A DNA stretch of 64,000 nucleotides from the NCBI GenBank assembly GCA_040954595.2, contig CM082583.2, positions 10,553,656 to 10,617,655 on the forward strand, in the 5' to 3' direction. Positions within the stretch are counted from its first letter, which is position 1; every line of letters begins with the position of its first letter. A program made the position numbers and the translations under genes. The notes beneath the pieces were generated by a model that was not told where the DNA came from, ran no database searches, and saw only the letters and a program-made list of their open reading frames with translations. This DNA comes from Balanoglossus misakiensis (taxonomy: Eukaryota; Animalia; Hemichordata). This document shows positions 49,801 through 63,900 of the stretch, in pieces.

Positions 49801-52800
49801 GTTAGAGTTCTTGTCAAGCGGACAACAGGATTAGGAAATTTACTGACGTGTTACAACTTAAACATTATCGTCGTTTCTGTCGATATACTTCTTCCAGATG
49901 GATTCTCCTTTAACTTAGAATGATGTGTGATTGTGTGAGAAAGAAGCTAAGATGCTTACTGAAAGCAATATCCGTGTTTTTGTCATGATTCCAAGCTATC
50001 TCCATCGAAATGTAAATCCGTAATCAGTTGACGTATTGAAAAGTGGCGTATACATACACGAACGTACTGGTACATCCCCGTCAGCAAATGTGAACACCAT
50101 TGTCATCTTTAAAGTTGCCTTAGGAGGTTTATATTCAGCTTAATGTGGAAAAAGAAATTGATAAGGAGGAGTGTTGTTTGGAATTTGTCGATCTCTCTCT
50201 CTCTCTCCCGCACTTCTCTCTCCCTCCCCCTGTCTCTACACTCTGATTACAACCCAGAACAGACGGCGGTTGATATCGTTATCATTGTACAATGAATGAC
50301 TCTATCGTACTTGTCCTGTAGATGTGAACAAACTCACAAATTCATACAGAACAACCTCCTCTGTGTGTTCAATATCCAGGGTTCCCTACAGAATTAATTT
50401 GAGCATTCCATAGCCTGTCGTAAATCAGGTATTTTCCTCTGTTTTGACGTCAAATAAATTGAAATTAATCAAATTATTCAAGCATCATAAGTCGTCATGG
50501 CAACAATAAGTGAAATATGACATGAAAAATTATATCATCAGAAAACACCTTCTGTGATGTCAAGTTGACCTTAGGCCCTGTCAACATGAAATCCACTCTC
50601 ACTATAATGACAGTGAAACTATAAAAAAATTAAAATGTGCAAAACTTCTCTCCTGCGGACTTCTCTCCATCCGTCAAAAGGAACATTTCAACATATTTCC
50701 CAGTTCAGCATATATTGCCTACCTTGGATGAGTGCAGATGATTCAAAATGAATCTATTTGCTTGTCACGTCAGTTCATGAATCTTTCTTTGGATTAGTTC
50801 TCAAATGATGGTCGAGATATTTTACAAGTTGTTTGTTTGTCTTTAAGTCCGGGAAGGTTTTCTCTGTGTATCGCGTTTGTCATGGAACACTTTGGTCATC
50901 GTTTTCGAATAACAACATCACTCCAGACTGTTCAATCTGTCTAGATGACATTAATGACCTGTCCATTTCACCCTAGGGATTACAAAGTGACACCAAGGGA
51001 TCAGTTGTCTCATTGTATATGAATTGCTTTCAGATATGCGGGAAGTCATTGCTCTTGTGTATATAGCCTCAATATATATGGTAGTAGGCAGTCACCATTA
51101 CATGCAGTACATCTGCAATTAAAGAGATCTGCCACTGCAGTAGAGATCTGTTCCTCGCTCGGACGTTCACTTTGGAACCACTTTAATTACCAGGGCACTA
51201 ATTAACTTTTCAGCTAGAGCTCTGAGGATCAAGGAAGTTATGTTTTTCATGTCAATATTGATCCATATTTTGAGTATAAGTTTTCCTGAAATTGCTTTTC
51301 TCTCCGCAATCCATCAACGACTTTTTAGTGTTAACACAAATACAATCATTTTGACACTTCTGTCATCAAGATAGTTCGATCATTATAGCACTGGCACATT
51401 ATGTTTACTCATTGATAAAGGCAATGAATTATAAACACAGCCCATGATAACAGGCAACACAGTTTCTGAAAGTTCAATTCTGCGGTACAATAAATGGCTG
51501 CATGCCTACACGAGGTGGGTGAATTTGGTTTAAAGGCCAGGCACGTAAACAATTGGAGATAAGGCAAGAATTTCACTTTAAAAAATCATATATAAATAAT
51601 AGCAAATGGCAGTAGCTCTTGAAACATTCATGGTCTGGAAATTGCACACCAATGAATTGAAACTGCTCCACCAGTTCACAACACAGAGGCTGTAAATCTA
51701 TATCTAAATTATTCACATGCAATATTGTCAGACCGTCTTCAATTCACAAGCTTGTCAAAAGAGCCGTCCTCTCTCAGATTTATAGGTCGGTCGAAGACAC
51801 CGCAAATACAGCTGCATTATCAAGTTTAATTCGCTTTCTTTCTTCCTTGGTGTGACATATGTTCTGTCGATTTTTTGTTTAAAAGGTTAAAAGCATGCAG
51901 CCAATCAGTTGTCAACTACTCCATAATCTGGATGCCTCGAATTGGACAATGTTGACGTCGCTCGTATTTCAAAACCCACTTTGAAAACAGATTTCCAGTT
52001 GGAAGAAAATTAAACTTCAGTCAGTGAGTCTATAAAGTTGCTTCTTTTCTAATCACACAACACAACAAAGTATTTTAAATCACAGTCATTTTGAAAAAAT
52101 TCTGTAGCTTCATTTAATTTGAAACGCCAGATATGTATGTGAATACAGTGTGTCACTGCGAGTATACCACGCTCCATGAACACTTCCTCATCCTCATGCA
52201 TATATGCTCACTGAACTGAAATGTTTCAGTGATCGGTCTTTGGAAGCGGCAACCATTTGAAAGTGTGCGTAGGTGGGACACTATTATTCAAGTTTGAAAT
52301 CTTCCATTCTGGCGACATACGCTGGAATAAATTGTAGGGCTTCTTTGACAAACGTTGTTACCTGTTGGAATAGTTTCCGTTTCTTACCGGTTAAGTTCTT
52401 CTGCTTGTCATGCGTGCAGTTCATCGCGAACAGATAAGAAACTGTACTATTATTATAACACAATCTGCACACAAAGCCTTAGGCCTGTGCGGCTCCGATA
52501 GCCGTCAATATCACAACGACGTGACGTCATTATGCTTTTTCTCCTGTCTCCTGGACATATTATCTCACATCAGAACAAAAATGCCGCTGTCTTTGTTCAA
52601 CGTATGTTCATTTCTGTAAAAGCGCACCATAACTGGCATAATTTTCAGCAAAATGTCAAGGTTGCATATTCTAAAGGTTATTTAGTTAAATGGCATTAAT
52701 GGCGCTCTACGGGCATATTTGCGAAAATACACATTAATTTTGTTTGGCTTCGAGTACATCCATCTAACAGTTGGACGAACAAAATTGGATGTTAAAAAGA

Positions 52801-55800
52801 GACAATGTTGGCAGAATGATCACCAGAGACGTCCTTACATTCGCTACTGATATGTCTCTCTCGATAAAGAAATAATGGATGCAATTTCGCCATAATTACC
52901 CAAATGTTGATGGTACAACATTGGGTTTTCACAGCTGTGACAAACATTTTCTTAGCTCCCATGCGGATGGTGGCTTGTACCGGTATATAAGTGCCGATGT
53001 CTGTCTGTCTGTCTGTCTGTCTGATTGCTGTACCAAAAGATAAGTTCTGTGATGAAACTCGATATAGATTTAAGAGACTTAAAATTCATTTTTAGTTTAG
53101 AAGTAGACGACAACTAATAATATCAGTGCAATGAGAATAAATAAATTAATGTTGTAATATTGGCGAGCAAGAGGTTATTTTCTCCCCAAGGGAAAGCGTG
53201 ACACTGTTTACGTCAATGCGTTGATTTTTACTTGACTTGATATTACTTGACTTCATAAGATGTATCTGCAGGACAGACAAGTTTAATTTGTCAACCATAA
53301 CAGGAGTACATACTCTGCATGAGTACATGAGTAGGTGCGGATTCAATAAGGGATGATGAGGAGTGAAAACGAAGCTTTATTCACAACCAACATTAAGGAG
53401 ACCATGAAAATCACTTAGTTCTGTTGTCAACCCCTCTTGACCCCAATATTTCTCTGCCCTTTTCCATTCTCTCTTTGTTAGGTGATTTCACCAGCTATTA
53501 GGTAAACGGGGTGATGAAGAGATGCCCGAAATTGGCTTTTCGACTTGTTTCAGGGAGATTAATATAGAGCATGGAGATTTCGAGTGGTTACCTTGGTAAC
53601 TGAGCAACCTGTTATGATTACTGTCCTCTGTGTTTTGTACAGGTATTAAAATGAGAGTCCTGTGGCCGAAAACGCTTACATTGGGCAAATCTGAGACACC
53701 ATGACCATAAAAAATAATAGATATGGTCGATTGCTTGGCCAAAATGACCCAGAAAACAAAGAAAAGAAATTTAGTTTTGCATTACGCCTTTAATCGATGG
53801 GTCACTGTTTGGAGTATATATCAGGTTGATGTTTTGAACTTGGGGCCGCACAGTGACGTATGAAAATAGCGGGAGCACTCCCCCCCCCCCCCCCCTCCCC
53901 AGGGTATTCCTTGATTACTGAAATGTCTCAACTGGTGCATTAAGCCATTTTTGTCAAAAACATCCGATCAGTGTCACCAGAATATGGCGCCATCCATTCC
54001 ACTTTGTTCTTGCTTTTGAAATAGCGAATGAACCTCAACTATAATTCAGATGCCGGTGGCTATCCAATTTAAGGCGAAAAGCAGATTCACTTGTTTTTTC
54101 ATGTTTTTCCGCCAGGTTTCTAAAAGGTCTGTTGACAATGACAAACAGGTACTTTCTGCATTATCCATCAAGTTCCTACTTTAAATGCCATACGGAAACA
54201 GGGAGAGTGACATTTGTACAGGAAATGGAGAGTACATGGCATTGACAATGTTTGATACTGTACCGTATACAGAACAGTCTGATACAGTAACATTGTGAAT
54301 AAATAAATATATATCTATGATTAATGTGGATGAGTTTTAATATTTGATTTCAGTTTTCTCGAGAAGGGTCCCTGGATTCCATCGCAATAATTCATTTATC
54401 ATATGGTCTCTCAATTAAACATTCGTCTACAATCAAAATTACTTATGATATAACTGCAATCCCCAGTGTAATATAGACTCATTACGCTTTGCTATAATTA
54501 ATGACTCATCCTATTCATAGTTCAAATATTTCCTAATATGACCAAAAGTGAAAATAGACTTTAACTGGTTTCTCTCGACTGAACAATCGTATTTAATGAA
54601 TGAAAGACAAGAATTGACGTCATTTTCTCTGCGGTCGTACATGAAGGTTGAAGACAACCGCTGTCATACAATGTTGCAATCAAGTGCCTAGTATGTATTT
54701 AGAAAAAAAGGTTAATGTATTGAAACATGCAGGGGACTGTACGATTTAACCAGGTGGTTTCATATGATTTGCAAGCCCTGGGGAGAGTCAGGTACTTGTG
54801 ATGGGTTCATCTCAGATAGTACTTGGCACACATAGGGAAAATGCATGGATATCACTGCGTGTTACTAAAATCATGGACAGAGGGGGTGTTCTCATCATCT
54901 CGGTCCAAGGAAATGAGAAAAGGGGTACTGGTAAATAGTTTCAAAAATCTTGCATGTGAAAGGAATTGGAATACCCACTCCTTGCCTCATTTCAAAAGGC
55001 CAGAGTGAGCTAACAGCAATTGGATCTTTTATTCACTGTCGTCAATCTTGTGACAAAGCCAAGAACGCTCAAAAGATCGTACGTGTTGCAGTGCACGTTT
55101 CATACAAGACTGAAGTCAACATTGACATTTTGTACACGGATGAATGGACATGTTAGAAATAAGCCGCGTGTGATCTGATTCGCTTACTTCTCTACAAGAT
55201 TAAACATCATCATGATTTCATAGATTTAAAGCTACACAGTTACCCATGATGCTATAGCCAGTTACCATGGAAAGTTGAGATCAAGCTAATCACAGATTTT
55301 CATTGGATGGCCACGTGAAAAAAAATGCGGGCCACCGATGGACATTCTTGAATTATTCTGGATATAATTGTGTGTTCAATATATGCTTCCACAGTTGCAT
55401 ATCCATCTTCAATTCCGTCTATATTTTGTAATTTATAAAGCCCTTTATGTTAATATTTAAAACGGAAATGCTTCCAATAGTGTAACCATGTCCACGCATT
55501 TCCATGATTATCTGCATGGGATAATTTGTAAAAGAACATTATCAAAGGAACTCAGTTGCGCAGACTATATACAATCAACAATCTTTCAACAAATTCCCAT
55601 CATGGTTCACTAGTTCACCTGTCAATCAACTCTTTACATTAAACACAACATTGGGAATTTCCCGCCTGCCAATAATGTGGCGGAGTTTCTGGAGCTTTAA
55701 AGAAGACTTGCACTAAAGAAAGTCTGGAACCAAACACCACATGTACAGCGACCTTAATTAATTCTAAACTTGACATTTGGTTTGAAAGTTGTCTCTGATT

Positions 55801-56221
55801 TTACCTAAACTAACCTAGAGCATCAATCACTTTGAATGCAAAAGACGTCTACGAGATGAAAAAGACTTATGACCACCCAAATTGTCAGATGACGGAATAG
55901 TCTAACCGATACCTGATAGTTATTGTGTCAAAGTACTAGGCATGGGGGTGTCGTGTGCATTCTTCTTGAACGTCAAACTGTGTAAGAGATATCAATGGGT
56001 ATACAGTCACAAAATGCTGGGATTTCTGTTAGGGAACTGTTCACGTACTGTCAAGGGCAAATACAGATTAACAGTCTGTGACTGACACTTCAACCCCTCA
56101 AACACAAACAAGCTCAGCAAACTTAGCCCAGGAGGGACCACCAAAGACTCAAACCAACCTGACCCAAAACAATACATACAACTAAAACAAATATCCGCAC
56201 ATGTTTAACAAAATTTCATAT

Positions 56222-56227
56222 TTTATT
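56222..56227 (-). terminator. Probable polyadenylation signal of ARRDC gene
   Basis: AATAAA on the minus strand about 1 kb past the stop, followed on minus by GT/T-rich sequence. Confidence 0.45.
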
Positions 56228-57210
56228 AAAAATAATTTATAAAATAAAGTCGAAGAATACACCAATTTGTATAGTAAAATATCTACAAACAATAAGGTAA
56301 TTATATTGGTCCCACACTGTCAGCATGATTCTCTTGCCATGCAGTTAAATCTCATTCAAGGATACAAATCTGACATATGGTGAGTTGTTGTAAACTTCAA
56401 AATTAGAAGCCAAATTCTGTGACTGAGCCAGACCCTGACAGTGCCAAGGCCAAACCCGGGGGCTGAACTCAGATTCTGATCACGAGTGCTTTAATTACCA
56501 ATGTATATTAAAGGAACACATGGGGCAATGCTCAAAGCTATATTGCCTGACAGTTTAAATTAATAACCAGACTGAATTAGTCACTTCGAATGTAATCATC
56601 AATGAGGGCACTGCAGCTAATGTCACCAAAGTTTGATGATTACTACATTATAAGTTCCACCAACATCGATGTCACCAAACATTATGTAGACGTCCTTGAG
56701 TTCATATTTCACAGAATAAATATAGCTCAAGAAGAAATACAATATGTTCACAACTACTCAATATTAAGGTCAGCGAAGATAATTTGTCGCCATGAAAACA
56801 ATTTACATAAAACATAAATAAATTCTTAATTGTTGATATGTTTTACGATCCATAAAGAAATGACCGATAAATTATTTCCTGACTTCTACAACATTTCCCG
56901 CCTAAACAGGAATAGTGCTGTGCATGTCACAGTAAAGCATCATTCATATTGTCCTTCAATACGTGGCAAAGTTTTTAAATGTAGTTCTCGAGTTCCTCAG
57001 ATTTTAATACACGCCATTCAAATCATAGTGATGGACACGTGGAGAAATTCCCAACTGTTGTCCTACAGTTTCAGTTCAATTTCCAACATTGCCGTGCATT
57101 GGAATGAGACGTCCGTCCTGATCACTGCAGTATCCATGGAGATGACTTGGAGCAATGGATGACCTTGCTTGACCTGCCTTTTCTTTTAGATTATACGTAA
57201 ATATTTATAA

Positions 57211-58681
57211 TCACACAGGCTCTGCATATATGTCATTGTACGTTGGAGGAGGGGCTGAAATAAACACAGAGATATTTATGTTAGACATTTTGGAGCTTTA
57301 ATTTGACTTTGACGTTGAAGAAAAATTCTGCTCATGCTGGTGCATGAAGGGAAATATGTGCTAAAGTTGGTGTTTTCATTCAATATCTGCCATATGTAGT
57401 AATTTAAGGCAGTGATAGCAGTTGATTTCTTCTATTTTCCAACATATTGATTACAATTTAAATGAAAAACTCTAAACCTAATGTTTATCTCTATCTGTCT
57501 CCTAAGAAACGATGTTCGTATAAGTCTTGCCTGAAATATGCAAAAAAATCATTCGCTTAGTTTACTTACTCAGTGACGTGTGGTTGGAAATGTCTTCTGA
57601 ATACGGTGGCAGGGAAGGGCTTTGAACAGGAGAAATGTATCGAAGACTGGTCTTGCCTTCAGAGAGTTGGACAAGCCTGCTTGCGGGCAACGAATGAACA
57701 ATGATTGGAAATGTAAGTTCCAGGTATGGTGTTATCCCAGTGACAAATGCCTGAACCTGTTTATGGGAAGACAACAAGAGAAAACAATCAATAAATGCTG
57801 GCTTATATAATGCAACAACATATCCCAACGGACTGAAGAATTACTAATGAAGGCACTGCACATATAAAGATGAATAATGTCACGTTGGCAAGTGATATTC
57901 AAATTAGCAAGCTCTTACCTTTACGAAATATTCTATGTTAATAAACTGACATCCGCGAAGTTCTGACGGTGGCACTGGAGGCAGCGCTAGAACTTTTCTA
58001 TTCCACATCAAACTGTCATTTGAAGCACAGCCATGTGACGTCACAGCCTTAGCTACCCTCATTGTATGCCTCTCACTCTTCTGGCTGGAACCAACAGTTT
58101 TGCCTTCATACTTCACTTCCTAAAGACAACAAAAGCAAGGAAGGTTAAACAGAGAACTGAATGTCCTGATTGTTTTGTACTGCCAGTTCATTACACAATA
58201 AATAGCAATTTAATGGAACTCAATCGATGATCAACGGGCCATAGATATCTGGGTGTACATTTTCAAAGAGTAAACGAAGAGCTATTTCACGGATTGTTTA
58301 ACTCTCCGATAGCAAGTTTACTTATGATTGCTAACGAATTTAACCTGTATTTGTGAGCATTCAGTCAGTGTTTTTTTTCTGTGTTTTTTTTAAACTTTGT
58401 TTGCCCACTTTACAGACAGGATGCCTCCACTGGGAAACATTGAAAGAATTCTTTGAATTGAAGGACAAAATTAACAATGACAAAATTACCTGAAGCAAGA
58501 TGGCATCGACACGTGTGACCCTTTGGTTGCTCTGATTGGCCAGGTCGAGGTTTATAGTTATCCTGTCGCCGGGTGTGTAACCATGGCGATTGATGCTTGC
58601 TGTCAAGACAACACACCCTGATGATCCGATACAATGGCTAACTTGCTTCACCTGTTCCTTTGCCATCGCAATCTGAGAAAA

Positions 58682-58745
<64 letters not shown>

Positions 58746-60480
58746 CCACCACCACCACCACCACCACCACTACGTACCATCATCATATCAGATACATTGA
58801 TATGGTGGATGAAAGAGAAAAAAATTAATCCATAACGAACCTGCACTTCTGGGAGTCGCCTCAAATCAATAGGTTGTCCCAGTATAGTAAATCCCTCTCT
58901 GGTGTCGATATCCGTCGCACGGTGTCGCTCTAGCACACAACTGGCAAAATATCGCACAAATCCATATTGTCCTTCGAATGAGCATGGCAGTTCATCCTTG
59001 GGCAGTCGAAGTCGGAAAGGGAAGCGATATTCACCTGTAGACAGATACTTTCCACTTACGGATGACTGTTCTCCTTTACCTTTGATTTAAAAACGAAGAA
59101 AACAAACCATCACTATATGACTTTACACGGCCATCGAACTTTTGGGTACGAAGTCTTCGCTCCCGTTTGTACAGTACTTTATAGAGCATCGCGTGAGACG
59201 ACCTTAGTGGAAATGAATTATTAAACCGTTTCTTGGCGGAAACGACGCACATTAGATCCTTAAAACATTACTGGGATGCTATGAAGTTCAATAGATCAAG
59301 GCATTTCGAAATACAGTTATTGTTCTCGTATACAAACATAAAAATGTGTACAAAAATCTTTTTGCTAATTGTCCCAGTCAAGGTGAGATATTAATAACCA
59401 GTCGTCATTGCAGACCTTGTTCTAAGGGTTCCAATAACGCGACCTTCTAGTGTGAAGTCAAGCAGGTCATAAACCGGGAAGTACGGTCGGACAATATGTG
59501 TTTTTACATCAAAACATCTTGCAAACTCACCTTTTCCCCATATGTTCACACGTTCTTCGAGCAAAACTTTATCGTTGGCGTATTTGGTACTTGTGCGAGA
59601 CAGGCCCTTTCGTACTGGTGGAGAGACGTCGTCAACCCATTCTGTCCGTGCGTTTCCGCTGAATTTCATGTAAATAGCTTTAAAAAAGAGAGAATTAAAT
59701 ATTTAGTATGAAGCAATGTAATATAGGGACCATTAATGCCACTACATTTGCTCCTGTGGACCGTAGACCATGGAGCGCAAATGAGACAATTAGTTCAACG
59801 TTTTCTTTGAAGATCCTGTCTGGACAAAATACAACTGCCTGAGAAACAATAGCCTGCATGATTGCCTGATACCAGCGACGTCCTTATCACAGTATATACA
59901 TGTAGTCTCTCACCCGCACATAAAGTTTATTGTATTACAATCGTCATCACCTGCACCACCACGTGTTTTGCCTTCGAATGTTACGTATGTCTTTTAATAA
60001 GGGTTTGAAGAATTTGGTCCGTCGGAGTTTTAATACGAGACCTGGCATGCACGTCAAAATTAATTTCAGACGCAGAAAACAATTCCTGTAATTCTGTTGT
60101 CAGTGTTTTGAAAGCTGTTTTACGTGCCACAAACTCAAAACACGTATTTTCCACTGGATCATGACAGACAGGCTGACGGCTTGGCCCCAGTGGGCACCTG
60201 TATGGAAATCACCTGTCATTACCATGCGTTTCTCTCGCAAAAAGTAAAGAAGCTAACTTCTCCTGTACATGCTGTACCGTTAGCTGGATGTTTCTGTACC
60301 GACTGTTTTTTTTTTCAAATTGGCCTCCACTGTACAAGTTTTCAAAGCAGAATCTTACATACCTTTACATTTGATGTTATCCTTTAGTTTAACAAGGACA
60401 TGTCCAGAAATCACATCCCCCACTTCATAAACGACTTTGTCGTCGTCGAATTTGATAACGAATGTCTCGATGGCGCGCAT
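57211..60480 (-). CDS. Arrestin domain-containing protein (alpha-arrestin, ARRDC/TXNIP family), 7 exons, about 372 aa
   Basis: Exons on minus: 60480-60363, 59677-59531, 59079-58841, 58672-58490, 58119-57919, 57756-57570, 57254-57211 (1119 nt, phases consistent). Motifs: VYEVGDVISGHV, GEYRFPFRLRLP, LPCSFEGQYGFVRY, GYTPGDRI, LPPVPPS..GCQFINIEY, and C-terminal LPPY and PPTY PY motifs. An in-frame ATG at 60519 could add 13 aa. Confidence 0.9.
58685..58770. repeat. (ATC)20(ACC)~9 compound trinucleotide microsatellite in ARRDC intron 3
   Basis: Directly visible run abutting the polypyrimidine tract of the exon-4 acceptor. Confidence 0.95.
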
Positions 60481-60626
60481 CTTCTCTGAAGAAACTTTAG
60501 TCTGTGTTGAGATCGGCATGTGAACACTTGGTTGATGTCCTTGATTTTTGTTGCGGAGATCCTGATCGCTGTTAAGTGTTATGTGCACTACTGCAGTTAT
60601 GATCGGTTCGGTGGCATGTGTGCGCA

Positions 60627-60633
60627 TTTTATA
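60627..60633 (-). promoter_or_regulatory. TATA box of ARRDC gene
   Basis: TATAAAA on the minus strand about 150 bp upstream of ATG 60480. Confidence 0.5.
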
Positions 60634-60816
60634 TCGTTGTTCCGGGTAGGATTCAAAGTACGCAAATGACGTTTACTTAGTAACTTACTGATAAGCTGGT
60701 ATCAGTAGCTGGAAGACGAGATTGTGCAAACAACCTTTCGTAGTAGGACTCGATGATGTCATTGACATTGCACCAGACAGGTAAAACACCTGGTTGATGC
60801 AGGTGATGAAACTACA

Positions 60817-60891
<75 letters not shown>

Positions 60892-60921
60892 GTGGTCGTG
60901 GTGGTGGTCGTGGTGGTGGTG
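60817..60921. repeat. (ATG)25(GTG/GTC)10 compound microsatellite upstream of ARRDC
   Basis: Directly visible. It explains the spurious poly-M/poly-V ORF. Confidence 0.95.
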
Positions 60922-63900
60922 ATGCTCAAATTGACAACACCAACCGGACCGTTAATCCCGTTACAAGAATTACACTGTCAGTTTGTTATCTTGGATGTTG
61001 GAAAACACCAACTGCTATGTCACAGTATAGGGACTGAGAGGGGAATTCCCTTATACCACACAATGATTAACCCTGGCCAAGTTCAACACAACATAGATAA
61101 CGGCATCACTTTATCTATTTCCGGGTGTGACGTCGCCTACCTTAAATATTATTGGGGGAATCTACACACCAGAACAGATTCGGAACACAAGTGACTATGC
61201 AAATTATTTTGACTACTATCATACTCATATTACAATCGAAAGATTGTTTTATGCCCACACAAAACTACAAAGGCTGTGTGATTCCTATATAATTCAGGGT
61301 TGATGATTCTCAGCTGGGGAGTTGAAACTCGTATTGAGTTTGTTTGCTGTGTTTGATAAAACACCAGATTTTGAACTTACAGTTTTTTGTTCTTAAGATC
61401 TTGTGGACTCACGAACCACATGCATCTTTTAAATCATGACTTTAGTTGTTTCGTTAATTAAGCACCTGATAACGAGAACACGAATCACAATCCAAGAAAT
61501 ATGTGAAAAGGAAAATGTGTTCGGAAATTTAGCTCCATGGGTGTTACTCACAGACAGCTTGGTCAATAGACACTATCATTGTCAGACAAACATTGGCTAT
61601 AGTGCTGATATCAAGAAATCTCGTGTTATGCAATTGCAAACGAATAAAGAGGGGAAAACCCTAATCAAGAGCCGGGGAAATCCAACCAGGCTCTCATTGA
61701 TTTTACAGACACTCTGAGGTCTATGATGGAACTTAAGCAATGACAATGCAAGTACGTGTATTTGTGTTTTAATTTGAAGTCACGTACACTCATTTCATTC
61801 CAGTTGCCTCAAAGCGCCCTCTACCACGGTTGTGTTATCTGCCCTTGTTTTAAGCACGATTTTTATAGATGTATAAAGACTTCGTGTAGTTTTTTTACCC
61901 CCTTTCTATTGAACTACAGAAATGTCAAACTCTACTGAAAGCTGTAAAACTATTAGCACCAGTTCTGTGTGTTACTAGTACAGTGTGATCTATTGTGGCC
62001 AATGTATTAATGGAAGCGAAAAACAACACTGTGCCATTTGAAAGTGTGTTACCATAAAGAATTAGATTTATTTCCATAAAATACGAAACTGGAAGGAGAC
62101 ACCTATTGTTTGCACTCTTATAAATAAAGTTTACAATCTTAGAATATTTTCACAGTCAACCAGAAAAATAAGACCCTGTGCGTGATATATCGATCTAAAC
62201 TGTAGTAGAAAAACACAGGATGATTCTGCATTACATTACAAAGTGCAGTTTGATCATCCAATACATCTGGAGCTATACAAGTGAAATAATTCTGGTGGTC
62301 TACAAAATAAATATTCTTTTTTTTCAGCCTACTTTTTTTTTCTTTTAAAACTTATACATTCAAGAAAGACATTTTTTACTGTCTGTATATGTATGTAAAC
62401 CTGTGCTTTTGAACTTGTTGACCTTGATCAAGAAGATTATGACATATATTCTTCATGCCATTATCAGCTGCAACTACCCTCTCTCCCTCCTTATTTCATT
62501 GTTCAGTTTGGCTATGTACAATGAGTGCAGTTAATTCAGCAGGCATTCAGAAGGTATTGCAAACGCAAAAAAAAATATTCAAACAAGTAGCAGGTGGGTC
62601 GTACAAGGGGGTGATGTGAACTTCAAGGGGGAAAGCCAGTTCGAATTTTCAAAAACATTTTGAAAAAGTATCCAATCAGAAGTGAATTCGCTGGCTACCA
62701 GATTTAATACACACCCACTTCCTCTGCCGTTATTGGAAATATGGATGTTCAAAGATTTTCAGTTGACTGGCAGACCTGGTCATTGATTTATTTATCAACA
62801 AAAAAATATTTAAATCAAAACAAATGTTTAATATTGTAATCCAGGTGGGGGGAGGTGAATCCAAGTATAGCACAGTATCAGGGAGGCACAACAATACATT
62901 GATTGCAAAATTACACAGACTAAAAATATGACAAGGTGCAATAGGAAAATATCATTCAAAGAGAATGCGGAAAAACAAAATGAAAATTGCACATTTCGGG
63001 ACCAAATAAACCAGGCAACATTTAAGTTTTTGAAACAAGTAAATAAAAGGATCAAATAACCTTTCTCCACTGTATATGTTTGAAAGAGATTAAGAAAACT
63101 ACATTGACAAGACTTGTTTAATAAAAAGTAAAACAGAAAGTAAGAAACTCACAGAAAAGATGAATGTTGTACTCCGAATATAAAAAATACAGACTCCTAT
63201 GGGATGAATTTATATTAACATGCAGTATGTAGTAATACATACATATTTACAAATGATTCATACATCTAGAGATATCAAAATACTTCTTGGCAAAAATATA
63301 AATACATGAAAGAAGTTTCAGCCAATGATACCACTCGTTTCAAAATTTTGCTACAAATATGAACCAATCAGGAGGTACATACCTACAAGAGAAAGCAAAG
63401 TCTACTCAAACGAACTTGGATGTATGAGACCTAAGAATGGTGATTATAAAATCAGTCAGTTCAACATGCTTAATCCACGATAAAATACCAATTTCCCTAA
63501 ATAAAAGACTGCATATCAGACTTTGGCCAACAGCAGGGAGTGGGAGAAAACATTACCCATGATTTATTTGAGGCAAAAGAAACTGATTGGGAAAAAATAA
63601 TAATCATTATAGACTGAAAGTTCGTCATCAGAAATGGAATGTGTCCATATAAAAAAATCTTCCTCCTTAAAGAAGTATTCATTCTGTGAATAGCATTGTT
63701 TGGTCAAGAAACCCATGATGTCTTTAAGAAGTACCGGTTAACTAATCTTTGATACTGCACGCTAAACTGATTCTGGAGCTAAATTAGATCATTCTGACTT
63801 CTAGCACAACGACAAAGTTTGAAGACATCATTTGATGTAACAGCAAAAGTCAAGGAAAATCTAAAATTATTTCACTGAAATATTGGTAAAATACTTCTTG

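Noticed and set aside
60481-60627. Longer ARRDC N-terminus starting at ATG 60627
   Set aside because: That ATG overlaps the TATA box, so it would lie upstream of the TSS. Arrestin homology starts at 60480.
60817-61194. 125-aa poly-Met/poly-Val ORF
   Set aside because: Artefact of the (ATG)n(GTG)n microsatellite.
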